Positions 45,203 to 57,900 of a stretch of DNA of 64,000 bases are shown one piece after another. Position 1 is the stretch's first letter, and every line of letters begins with the position of its first letter. The DNA is from Piromyces finnis finn. Taxonomy: Eukaryota; Fungi; Neocallimastigomycota. The notes below the pieces were generated by a model. The model was not told where the DNA came from, did not search any database, and saw only the letters and a program-made list of their open reading frames with translations. Made by a program: the position numbers and the translations under genes. The stretch is from the NCBI GenBank assembly GCA_002104945.1, contig MCFH01000067.1, forward strand, positions 186,001 through 250,000, read 5' to 3'.

Positions 45203-45904
45203 TGATTTTTATTATATAAAATTTATTAATAAAATTTTTAATTAAAATTTTATTGTTTTATATCATTTTAAATATATTAAAATTTATTGTAATATATTGA
45301 ATTTATATATTAATAATATAATTAACCAATAAAATAAATTTAAATTGTATTATTCATTATTGATGGTTACACAATATAAATTAAAATAAAGGATGAAAAA
45401 TCAATTTTATTTTATAATAAAAATCAAATTATATATTATATCAATATATTATAAATTAATTATAATATATGAATTTAATTTATTTAATTTGTATACAAAA
45501 TCAATATTTTTATTAAAAATAGAAAAGTGGACTTTTTTTTTTTTTTTATTTTTTCATAACCTAAAGCAGCAGCAGTATTGACAAAGCTGAAAAGGTTGTA
45601 TTTTCCTAAAAAAAAAAAAAAAAAAAGAAAAAGTGTAAATAACAAAATAACAAAATATGAAATTTCATTTATATTAACAACAGCAACAGCAACAACAACA
45701 ACAACAACAAATTTAAAAAAAATTCTTTTTTTTTTTTACAAATTTACAATAAACAATTTTCGATAAAAAATCAAAATTTATAGGAAAAAAAAAAAGTGAA
45801 TAAATAGGATAAACCACCACCACCACCACCACCTCAAAAAAAAAATTAAACCAAAGAATATAAAATAAATTGAAAAAAAGTTTTATTTTTACTTTTACCT
45901 AAAA

Positions 45905-46549
45905 ATGGAACCAAGCCAAGATCAATCCTTCCATATTCAACTTGGAGGAGAAGGATACTATACCAATGACAAAGAATATCAAAAAGAATTGACGACGTAT
46001 CAACGTTTACAATTAAATTTTGGTCATAAATTTTTTAAACCAAAATATATCACAAGTATTGTTATTATGACTATTGTCGATTTTTTTATTATTATCGTTG
46101 ATTTGGTGATGCGACTTTACACCACAGCATCATCCGAAACTTTAATAAAAGTTGAAAAGGTGATATCCTATATTTTAATAGCTTTACGTTCCATCTATCT
46201 AGTCTTATTAATTATAAAATTAATTTTAAGTTATAAAAAACTTTTCAGAAATGTATTGTATATTTTTGATGCTATTGTTGTTACAGCATCGTTTGTTTTG
46301 GTGATACTATTTAACGGTTTAAATAGAATTGCATTTTCGCTAGTTATCGTTTTAAGACTTTCATTAACCATTCAAATGATTAGAAATAGTAATAAAAGAA
46401 CAAAGGAAAAACAAGAAGATGAACTTAACGAATATTCTTTACGTATGGATGAGGAATTACAAAAAGAAAAAATAGCAAGAAAACATATTGAAAATCAAAT
46501 TGACGATCATAAAAAGAAAATTCAATTATTGACTGGCGATTATTTGTAA
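45905..46549 (+). CDS. Hv1 (voltage-gated proton channel)-like voltage-sensor-only protein with non-canonical S4, intronless, 214 aa
   Basis: Four hydrophobic helices: S1 IVDFFIIIVDL (Asp at the Hv1 D112-equivalent position), S2 ending IIKLI, S3 FDAIVV and S4 LVIVLRL, followed by a C-terminal coiled coil (EELQKEKIARKHIENQIDDHKKKIQLL). Confidence 0.75.
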   Translation: MEPSQDQSFHIQLGGEGYYTNDKEYQKELTTYQRLQLNFGHKFFKPKYITSIVIMTIVDFFIIIVDLVMRLYTTASSETLIKVEKVISYILIALRSIYLVLLIIKLILSYKKLFRNVLYIFDAIVVTASFVLVILFNGLNRIAFSLVIVLRLSLTIQMIRNSNKRTKEKQEDELNEYSLRMDEELQKEKIARKHIENQIDDHKKKIQLLTGDYL

Positions 46550-47619
46550 TAAATTAGTACCAATGAATTTATGCTTTTCAGCATTGGATTAACGAAAAGA
46601 AAACTATATTTTTTTTTCAATCATACCCTTTTTTTTTTCTTTATTTTTTTTCTTTCAAGAAATAATAGTAAAAACCTATCGTCGAATAAAAATAACAACA
46701 ACAATACCGTCAGTAATATAACAGCAATAATAATTTTATTAATATATATAGATACAATATGAAATTTTTTATTTAAAAAAAAAAATAGAATTATATTAAA
46801 CTTTTTCATTTATAGAAATAAATAAATAAATAAATAAAAAACCAAAGTATTATAGTTACTTTTTTTTTTAAAAAAAAAAAAAAACATTCATAGACGTAGT
46901 AATGTCATTACACAAAGATAGAAAATATTAAAAAAAGGTCATTTTAAACGAAATTTAAATTGTAATTTTTTTTTAAAAAAAAAATTAACGGGAAAATGGC
47001 TTTTTTTTTTTTTCTTTTGGTAGTAGTTAGTTTCATTTTACATCAATGGGTAAAAAAAACCAAAAAAAAAAAAAAAGTGTTAAACTTTGTTGAAAATAGT
47101 AAATATTACTACCATTACCAACCATTACTATTTATTAATAAAGAATTAAATAAATTTACATTTACAATTAATTTGCTTTTGAGAAGGATGAAGAGTTTTG
47201 ATGATGATGGAAGTAGTAAAAAAAAAAAAAAGAAAGAGTAAATTGTTAATTAATTTTGTTTCCTACTAAGAAACAGGAAAATGACTAAATATTTATTCTA
47301 GCAATAAAATATTTAGTTTTTCATTTTAGCGATAAAAAACTAAATATTTGTTACTTGAATAAAAACTTTAGTTATCTTCTTTTTTTTTAAAAAAAAAAAA
47401 AAGAGGTATTTTTTTTTTAACAATACTATTATTAATATTAATTAATTCCGTTCTCTATTAAAGATCGAGGAATATCAATAATATAAGACCTAGTATAATT
47501 AGCATTTGTTAACACCATTAAAAGGAGAAAACTTTGTTTGATAGAATTCTTTCATCTAGTAAAATAGATTGTAGTTGTAGTTGTTAGTTGAAGTAGTTGT
47601 GATAGTTATTGTGATTGTA

Positions 47620-48652
47620 ATAGTAGTTGTGGTTGTAGTAGTGGTTGTGTTATGTGGTATGTGGTTGTAGTAGTTGTGGTTGTAGTAGTGGTTGTGTTAT
47701 GTGGTATGTGGTTGTAGTAGTTGTGGTTGTAGTAGTGGTTGTGTTATGTGGTATGTGGTTGTAGTAGTTGTGGTTGTAGTAGTTGTGGTTGTAGTAGTGG
47801 TTGTGTTATGTGGTATGTGGTTGTAGTAGTTGTGGTTGTAGTAGTTGTGGTTGTAGTAGTGGTTGTGTTATGTGGTATGTGGTTGTAGTAGTTGTGGTTG
47901 TAGTAGTGGTTGTGTTATGTGGTATGTGGTTGTAGTAGTTGTGGTTGTAGTAGTGGTTGTGTTATGTGGTATGTGGTTGTAGTAGTTGTGGTTGTAGTAG
48001 TGGTTGTGTTATGTGGTATGTGGTTGTAGTAGTTGTGGTTGTAGTAGTGGTTGTGTTATGTGGTATGTGGTTGTAGTAGTTGTGGTTGTAGTAGTGGTTG
48101 TGTTATGTGGTATGTGGTTGTAGTAGTTGTGGTTGTAGTAGTGGTTGTGTTATGTGGTATGTGGTTGTAGTAGTTGTGGTTGTAGTAGTGGTTGTGTTAT
48201 GTGGTATGTGGTTGTAGTAGTTGTGGTTGTAGTAGTGGTTGTGTTATGTGGTATGTGGTTGTAGTAGTTGTGGTTGTAGTAGTGGTTGTGTTATGTGGTA
48301 TGTGGTTGTAGTAGTTGTGGTTGTAGTAGTGGTTGTGTTATGTGGTATGTGGTTGTAGTAGTTGTGGTTGTAGTAGTTGTGGTTGTAGTAGTGGTTGTGT
48401 TATGTGGTATGTGGTTGTAGTAGTTGTGGTTGTAGTAGTGGTTGTGTTATGTGGTATGTGGTTGTAGTAGTTGTGGTTGTAGTAGTGGTTGTGTTATGTG
48501 GTATGTGGTTGTAGTAGTTGTGGTTGTAGTAGTGGTTGTGTTATGTGGTATGTGGTTGTAGTAGTTGTGGTTGTAGTAGTGGTTGTGTTATGTGGTATGT
48601 GGTTGTAGTAGTTGTGGTTGTAGTAGTGGTTGTGTTATGTGGTATGTGGTTG
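47620..48652 (+). repeat. 47-bp G/T-rich minisatellite (GTGGTTGTAGTAGTTGTGGTTGTAGTAGTGGTTGTGTTATGTGGTAT), about 20 units, some 62 bp
   Basis: Unit starts at 47661, 47708 and 47755 show the 47-bp period. Some units carry an extra 15-bp GTAGTAGTTGTGGTT. Confidence 0.95.
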
Positions 48653-48676
48653 ATGTCTGATTGTATCAATTATCAT

Positions 48677-51600
48677 TCCCCCTTGGAAACGTGTCTTTAT
48701 TTATTTAATAAATAAGTTTCTCAAGGTGTTCATGGTACTGAGAGAGTAGGAAAAAAATCCAAGTATTGCACATTGGATGCTTGGTTAGTCTTTAAAGGAA
48801 AAATATAAGGACTAAGCTATGGTACTGAGCGACCCTCTTTCAAGGTCGTTGTGTGTAATAACAAAAGAGGGTTGTCTTTTCTGAAACATTGGTAAGAAAA
48901 GACAATAATTTTCGACTTGAGTTGGTAATCTGAGTGACAGTTGATATACCATTCTTTCCTTATATCTTAAACTAATCTTAAATATTAGTTAATTTTACCA
49001 TTTAAATAATATAATATTAATTTTCATATATTTTGATTCTGTAGTATTAAATATTGTTTTAAGAATATATTTTATTTTATTTTTTTCATTTCATAGTTTA
49101 TTTGATCAATTGCGAATTAAATTTGTACTTATTCTTTTTGTTTTCTTATTCCTTCATTTTTATAGTTTAATTAGCTTGATAGATTAGTTTGCAATTCCTT
49201 TCATTGAGTTTTGTTGAGGGGTGCGGTTATCATTACTTTTAATCATATTTAATCTTTTTTTATTTTTCTCTATTTTTATTTTTTATTTTTTCGAGGGGCG
49301 CACCTTTATTTTTATTTATGATTATATATGATTTCTAGTAATGTCTTTATTTTTTGAAACTCTAGGTTTTCCAAGGAATCTCCTTCTACTATCATTCTTT
49401 TGTATACTTTTTTCTATCTCTTTTCTATATATCCTTTATTTCTTTATTTCTTTATATTATATATATATATCTATATGTTTGTATAATTATTTTAGGTATA
49501 CTATGGACTCCTCATAGTAATTATTAAACTCCTTTTTTTTCTCTTAACATTTTGTCAATAAAGCTTAAATCCTGGCTTGCAAAAATATAAAGCCTCTCTC
49601 GGATTATGCTGACATGGAAAATTACCTTAACCATTTTTTCATTTACCAAAACTTATGTAATACTATCAAAAAGGTTAAGAGTAAATTCAGATTCAATCTT
49701 TATAAAGCAAATATTGTCTCTATTGGTAAACACTTTATTGACAAAAGTTTTAAACAAGGTTGGAAAGGCCTTAAAAAAATTGCCAAACCAAGTTATTCAT
49801 CCTCTCATTTTCCTATCATTAAGGACAAGAATGGTAAGGATTTATTTTCTCTGACAGAAAAACTAAAACGGTGGGTTGAACATTATGAAAATATTTCATA
49901 TGATGTTACAAATCATAGTTTAAATCGTGGCTATTGGGAAAGAGTCTTCTGTTTCAATCATATTAACCAGATAGCATGGGATATTAATAGCCCCATTTCT
50001 ATTGGAGAAATTGGAAATACTGTTCTGTCAATGAAGAATAATAAGGCTCCAGGTCCCGATGGTGTCCCAATTGAATTCTTCAAAGCTTTCTTTTTTAATT
50101 AAGAACTAGAAAAAGAACATAAGTCTGCGGGAAACTGTCTTAAATTAATTTTCAATAAAATTTGAAATGGTTCCTTTCCTTTGAAATGGAACTCTGCTTC
50201 CATTGTTTCTATTCCAAAGAAAGGTGATCCTTCAGACTCTAATAATTATCATGCTCTCTAATGAATTTCCCATCAACCGTGGTATTTCTCTCATCAATGT
50301 AGGTCTTAAAATCCTTTCAAAAATCGTAACTGATAGAATCTCCAAATATGCTTTTTCTCATAATTTTATCAGACCTGAGCAATTTGGTTTTCGTAATAAA
50401 GAAGAATGCATTAGCTTATTTATTTCCATTAGAGAAATCTGTTCAAAGAAGAAAGTTTAAAGGAAAAGTCATTTATGTTGCTTACCTTGACCTCAAAAAA
50501 GCATACGACTCAGTTCCTATTTTTAATATTCTTACAAAGTTATATAAATTAGGTATACGTGGTAAATGCTTTGATTTTCTCAATAATCTCTATTCTCTAC
50601 CTCAAAAGTTCGTGCACGTTTCTTGGATATGTTCTCTAATGAATTTCCTATCAACCGTGGTGTAAGACAAGGATGTCCTCTTTCCCCTATTCTATTTAAT
50701 CTCTTCATCAACGATGTTTTAAATAAATGTGAAAAGCTTGGTGTTAGCTTAGGAAATAAACATTGCTGTGGTGGCCTTTTCGCTGATGACATTGTTCTGA
50801 TTGCTCCGAACAAGAAGAATCTTCAAAAGATGCTTAATCTAGTACTCGATTGGGCTATTATAAATGAAATGTCTTTTGAAATAATTAAGTATGCAACTAT
50901 TGTTGTTAAAGTCTATCAACTTTAATAGATCCCCTAGTAATATCAACCCAACATTTTACATCGGTATGTACTCGATTCCAAAGGTTTCTTACTATACTTA
51001 TCTTGGAATCCCATTCGACGAAGATCTTTCTCTGACTCCTATTCTGTCTAATATGTACAAAAAAGTTCAAAAATCTTTATTCTCTTTTAAGAGCTTTCTC
51101 ACTAATAACTGTTGTTCCTATTGATTTAAAAAATATAGTCATTCATTCCTATATTTTAAGTAAAGTCTCTTATTATGCTCCATTCTTGGTTCCAACAAAA
51201 ATAGAACTCGCAGTGAGTCCAATCTCTTATCAATACTGCTGTTTTATGGAGTGTCAATAGCTTTCACAATAAAAGACTGAATAACAAAGATTTTGTTTTT
51301 GAACAAAATTCATTTATTAGCCTGTATGCTCTTACAAGGAATTTGAGGATTCCAACACTTTCAGGTATTTGTGCTGCTGCGCAACAAGTGAAATGTTTTG
51401 TTAAATGGAGAAATCAGACTGTATTATTAAAGATCTCGTCCAATCTATTCCTTCCATGGCTCATTTCCTTTTGGGCCAAAGAATCTTGTTCACTTACATA
51501 AGAAACTTTTGAAAATTAATATTAAAAGTACTAAAGACGTTAGAGAACATTATTGTATTAATAATAGCAGCCTAAATAATGGAAGTAAAGCCCTCAGATA

Positions 51601-52567
51601 TACTAACAACAAATTCCTAAATTCAAATCGACTTTATGTATATCGGTCTCAACAAACTTCACTTAAATTTAGGAATTAACTGAATTATTTGTATTTGATG
51701 TGGTTATGAAAACACTACCAGAATTGCTATTGCCAGTAATAGAGTTACACCTTACTGCCCTCGTGTCTGTCCATGTTACGGATAGGATGAATAATCTTTT
51801 TATCATTGGATTTTAGAATGTCTTGCATTCTCTGAATACAAAACTTCTTCACTTGGCTTTCTTGACAATCTTTTTACCCTTTTTCAAAATAAATACAATA
51901 ATTTATTCATCACTTACTTACTCCCTGAAATGGAAGTAAGAAAAACAATTTATACCTACATTTTTAGGTTCCTTCTTGGTGAAACTTTAGTTTAGGTTGA
52001 GTTACAAATCGATAAGGTGGAACAAAGACATTTGAATGAACAGCTGTACAGTTCATCGGGGTCTCATGTTCCATAGGTAGAGAGTCTCGCGACTTTTCTT
52101 ACTATAACAATCCCTATCATTAGTAGGTCAATGAAGCTACCTTTTGATAGGTTTAGTAAGACACCTAACGTCATCAAGAGCGCCGACGTCGTATCGATAT
52201 GGCAAAGGAACATTTCTAATGTTCCATACGCAGGGTTCAATGTTTATATTTCTTCGATTGAAAACATTATGAGCTCATGGAAGAGTTTAGTGGACACCAT
52301 ACTATCATACCTGATATTACTTTTCTTTTTTTATTTCACTTGGTGTGTTAGTTAGGGACCAATCCCACACAGTACAAATTGCAGAGTTCATTGAACTTTT
52401 ACGCAACTTTAATAATTATTTTATTTTATTATATTTATATTTATATTTATATATATTTTTTATTATTTTTATTTATCATTTATTATATCAATATGTATTA
52501 TCACCTAATGTAATATTTCAAATAAATACAATAAGAAGTGTATTCTCTTCCTAGTCTAAAATAAAAA
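48677..52567 (+). mobile_element. Degenerate non-LTR retrotransposon (LINE, family A): RT plus C-terminal Zn knuckle, no endonuclease seen
   Basis: KAPGPDGVPIEFFK, IPKKGD, RGISL.NVGLKILSKI, QFGFR, YLDLKKAYDSV, GVRQGCPLSPILFNLFIND, LFADDIVL and CPRVCPC..HWILEC occur across frameshifts. A-rich 3' end at 52558-52567, with a degenerate ~9-bp TSD (aattatcat / aattgttat). Confidence 0.9.
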
Positions 52568-54908
52568 TTAATTGTTATATTATTATTTAATAATTTTTTT
52601 GTTGTAATACTAAAGCTAATTCTTGAGTTCTATCTAAATCTATGTCTTGTCGGTAATTGTAAATATAATTATTTTCATCATTACTTGTTGGATAACTTGA
52701 TTGTACTGAATTTACGATATTTCCAAATATTTAAATAATAAAGTTAATTCATAAATAATTTTATTAATAAGGTGAACAAAAAGCATAGAGTAAAAGGTAC
52801 ATTGTAAATAGTACAGTACAATGATATAATGAGATGTAAAATAAAAAATAACTATCTCTAAAGTACTTAGACACTACGTTTACATTACTTATAATATGTT
52901 TATGTTTTTAAAAGATAGACACGTATATTCATAAATATATGATATAGATAAATAAAAATATGTGTAAATAAAAGATTCACAAAAAATAAAAGTTTTACAC
53001 CTTCATATACAATACAAATAGTGACTAGGTTTGAGTAATATTCTAAATTTTAATACTTCCTTAAAATGAACTTGACAGTGAATGTAATCATAATTTATAC
53101 ATATTTCTATAGAGAAATTAGTATAGTATAGTATATTCTTCTATTGAACTAACATTTCCTTTTTTATATTTTTTGATTATAAAAAAGGTAGTTAATGTAG
53201 TTAAACTTTATAAATAAATATTTATATATAGTTTTAGTATACTTGTTAAATAATAATGGATGATATACATTTAGTGGATAAAAGAAAGTAATAAATAATT
53301 CTAATTGTATAATCTTTTATTATTGTTGTTGTTGTTGTTGTTTCTTTTATTATTGTTATCTTTATTCTTATTCCTTTTTCTTATTTTTCTTATTATTTAA
53401 TATTTTCTTTAATTACAAAGTTTTACATATATATTTATTTATTTAAATTTAAAAATTTCTATTTTTTATTTTTTTTTTTTTTTGGAGGGTATAATTTAAA
53501 CTTTATTAAATTTTTAGAGTTTCAATGATACAAAAATATTTTATAAATATTCTTAAAAACTTTAAAAAAATAATTAAAATATAACATGGAACATTACCAA
53601 TATTTATAAAAAAAAATTGGAAATAGAATTATTAAATAATTTTATGAAAAACAGGTAAGAATCCTACCATGGTTTATCAAAAAAAAGAAATGAAATCCGC
53701 AAAATGAACGGTTAAGAAGGATTATAATTCTTAAAAATATTTAATAATTTACTATAAATTTTATTATAGTTTCCTCTCTTTTTATGAAATCAACCTCTAT
53801 TTCATTAATAAAATATTCATCTATTCTCTTCTCTTTTGATGAATATACTTTTATATAAAATATTCAGAAATTATACATAATTAAAAATTAAAAAAAATAT
53901 AAAGTCTCCATTGTACTGTAAACAAAATAGTTATTTAAAATTAACAGAAAAGAATAAAAAATTAATTTTTTTTAAAGTTTTTAGGTGTTATTAATAGAGG
54001 TTTTGTAATTATGTCAACTTTATTAATGTAAATTAGGATAAGGAACTACTATTGTTACATCCTACTCAAATAAACAACAAGTTTTTATTAAATATTATAA
54101 AATATTTTAGCTACATTAAAAATTTATAGATTATTAATATTTTAATTATATTTTAAGTTTTTTTTTTTTTTAATGTCAAGTTGTAAAAAGAAAGAAAAAT
54201 GTAAAGAAATAAGTTGAATATTATTTTTAAATTAAAACTTTATCATATATTCTTCACTGTTGTTATTATGATAATATTTATAGATAAACTAAAAAAATAT
54301 AAAAAAATATATATTTTAGCTAGTTAAGGTTTATTTCAAACAAAAATAAATTTAATTACATCATTTAATATAACAAAAAATACTTTAGAATTACGTTAAT
54401 ACACTCATCAAATTTATTATAACTGAAAGAAAAAAAGAAATTTTCCTTATTTATTGTTCCTATATAAATTTTTCTTCTTTTCCTTCTTATTATAAAAATA
54501 ATACTCATTATTTAAATAAAACATATATTAATAGAACTCTCTTTACTTTTTTACTCCCCAAATATTTAATGTGAATAATATTCTATGAAATAGACAATTT
54601 TAAATTTTTAATTAATACTATTTTAAAAATTTTTAAATTTTAACTTTAAAAAAGAAAAATAATAAAAAAAAATATATATTTGGCTGAACTAGATTAAAAA
54701 AAAAGAGAGAGAGAGAATATATAAAGAGGATAATTTATTTTGAAATTTATATGTTTTAAAGGAACAATTAAATATTAATTATTTATTGTATGATAAATTT
54801 ATAATGGAATATAAAAAATATTAAATTATAAAGATAATAAAAAAAAAAAAAAAAGAAATAATTTTTATTTTCACTTATTTATTTAATACTTTTTTATATA
54901 TTATAAAA

Positions 54909-57900
54909 ATGAAATTTATTAAAAAGTTGATTTTTATTGCATCTCTTTGTAAATTAAAGGCTAAGGCTAATCAGGGTATTGTTGGTAATCTTGCTTTCTA
55001 TGGTCGTGGTCAAAGAGATCTTCCACGTTACTGGAGGGGATATGAAAAAATTAGAGGTTCCAATGATGTAATGGTATACTTCCCGTATGATAAGTCTTAT
55101 GAAAGTGAAAATAATAATGCTTCTGATAAACCAATACCTACTGATATCATCGATAGTGCAAAAAATAGTCCATTAGTTTTATATATGCCAGGAGCATCAG
55201 AAGGAAAATATTCTAATGTTAATTTTAGTTTATATAATGATGAAATAATTATTAACCTTGCAAATTTCCATAAAATAAAGTCTGAAATTAAATTAGTGGC
55301 TCCAAGTGCTAGTGAATTAATTTCAAAAGGTTATACTTGCGAAAGTCTTGGACTTACTTGTGCCAATTTAATGGATTATAATTTTGAAGCCAAGGCTAAT
55401 GAATGGTTATCAAAGGTTGATTTAAGATTATACTTAGAATCTAAAGAAGCTAACTATGATAATACCTATAAAATTGTTGATATATCAAAACCAACTAATA
55501 AATGGAGTGAATATGTTGGTAGTATTAACAAAGCTTCCTTAATCAACTCTGAATTAGTTTATACTGATTTTGTATTTAGAAACTATGGTAAAATGCCAGT
55601 TTATATTTATATTGGTAATACCATTTTTTTAAAAAAAGATCCAACTGATATGGTTATAGAAGGTGCTACTCAAGATAATTTTAGCAATTGGAGTTGGCAT
55701 CAAAATACAGTTAACAGGACACCTACTTACTACGGAGATTCTGTTTGTCCAGACGATCCGGAAAAAAAGAAATGTGTAAAGTTTGTTGCCGAAGAAGATG
55801 GTGATTTTGCTTATTATGTTCACATTGAAAACGGTATCTCTGCTCCACCAGAAGGTGTTTCTTTCAGTATTCGTCCAATGAATGATAACAAATTTAAGTT
55901 CAAGATTGATAACAAAAAGGAATTCAATTTAACTTCAGATTATTTAATTCACAGAAATTGTAAAATCCCAATTGGTGAAGAAAGTAAAGTCCTTGTTGAT
56001 GTCCGTTCTTTAGTATATTCAGATCCAAAGTCAATGCTAACTAATGATATTTCTGGTTTTTATCTTCAAACAATTTCTCCCATTTTAAGCATAAAGGAAC
56101 AATTATTAGAGAAACAAGGTGAAAAAGCTTCCAAATCTTATAAAGAAGTCTTATATTTCTATAATTTTACTCTTCATCATACCTATCCAGAAGATACTTC
56201 AATGTTCGTCAAGCAAAAGTTATTTGAAGAGGGCAATGAATGTAATCTTAATCTGGAAACTCACAACGATTGGGGTATTTCAGATAAAATTAATAAAGTC
56301 AATCCAATTATTCAATGGCCAGATGATCTTTCATTTGATACCATTTTCAACTCTAAAAATATTGTTGTTTTAAATGATAACAACTTCAATTACGACAACG
56401 AAGAAGAAGAAGAAATAAAAAAAGAAGAAGAAGAAGAAGTTAAATATTACTATATAATTTTACAAAGAACTTTAAGTTATCTTAGTTTTTATGATAAAAA
56501 TGGAAACACCATTGGAAGAAGAGTGTTAACAGAACCATTATACAATAACAAGATCATGGATCAAATTAAGGAATATTTAAATAATAATAATGATATTATT
56601 AAGAACATTGATGCTGTTGAAATTATCGGTGCTAATCATGCCGCATTTTTGATAAACAATAATATTCAAATGTATGATTTATTTGAATATGGTGTTTATC
56701 CAATGGAATCACTTAAGGCTGAAACTAGTTTTAACTATGAAGTTGGTACCTTCCATTGGACTAAAGAGCAACATACTAGCAGTACTGTAGAATGGAGTTC
56801 CAAATCTTACCTTTGGGGTGTAAGAAATCATAAAGATTCTGTTACCTATTCAGAAAGTGATTTCCAAAAGGATATCAATACTAATGCTTCTGATTTCCCA
56901 CAATTCAATGAATTTAATTGGAAATGTGATTATGATATAAGAAAGAAGAGATGTAATAATTTCGATCTTGTCAGAGAAAAATCCTATGATCTCGTTATTA
57001 TGGGTTTAACCGAAATTACTATGATACCAGATTATTCAATTCAAGAATACATTAAATTCAAGAGCGAATCTAGTTTATATGATCCACAAATTATAAAAAA
57101 ATTTAATGTTGAAAATCCAAACATTGAAAGTACCATTAAATGGTTCAATTCCACCATTGAAGAATTACGTAGCTTAAATAGAGAATGTGAAAATACTGAA
57201 AACGAAAGTGTGCATCATTCAATAGTTACCTATGAATGTGACCATTTAATAGATGAAGAATTAGTTCAACCAAATTCTAAATTTATTTCTTCTATTATTC
57301 AAGGTAATTTATATAATTAATATAATGATTATATAAAAAGTTTATTCCTTATTATATAACTCATATAATAATAAATAAATTCATATTTTCCAAAAATTTA
57401 AAAAAAAAAAAAAAATTATTATTAATATAATATACTTAATATACAGATTTTTCTAAAGAATGTAAATTTATAGAAAATTTATTGGGTGAAGAAGATTATT
57501 ATTGTTGTGAACTTGAAGGAATTGAATGTGAAAAAGATGTTAAAAGTGGTGAAATGCATATTACAAAAATGTAAAAAAAAAAAAAAAAATTCTATATATA
57601 ATAACATTAACTATTTTTTTAATAAAATATGAGATTTTAATATCAAGATTTTTATAAAATATATATAATGAAAAAAAAATTAAACACAAAATAGAGATTT
57701 AAGTAGTAAAGGTTTAAGTGGACCCATACCCGAATCTATTGGGAATCTACCAAAATTAACAAAATTGTAAATATTTATTATGATCTTATTAAAATAAATA
57801 TAATTTAACTAATTAAAAATTAATTAATAAATAAAAAAATAAATAGATATTTAAATGACAATCAATTCGCTGGTCCAATTCCTGAATTCATTGGAAAATT

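Larger units (their letters stand above)
47500..52760 (-). pseudogene. Disrupted paralog of the 3' part of the 570-aa ORF (61679-63391), split by the LINE insertion and minisatellite expansion
   Basis: 47500-47620 matches 61680-61800. Minus-strand MIIDTIRHQ at about 48650-48677 matches MIIHTIEHQ. YNYRQDIDLDRTQELALVLQQ at about 52600-52670 matches NYGQGIDSNSQLDLVLSQ. Confidence 0.75.

Noticed and set aside
47620-48652. Possible CRISPR array or telomeric repeat
   Set aside because: Units are head-to-tail with no unique spacers, the array is internal, and it is colinear with the Q/L codon tract of the paralogous gene.
48730-48900. Hammerhead ribozyme in the LINE leader
   Set aside because: CTGAGAGA and CTGAGCGA do not fit CUGANGA, and no GAAA follows the candidate stem II.
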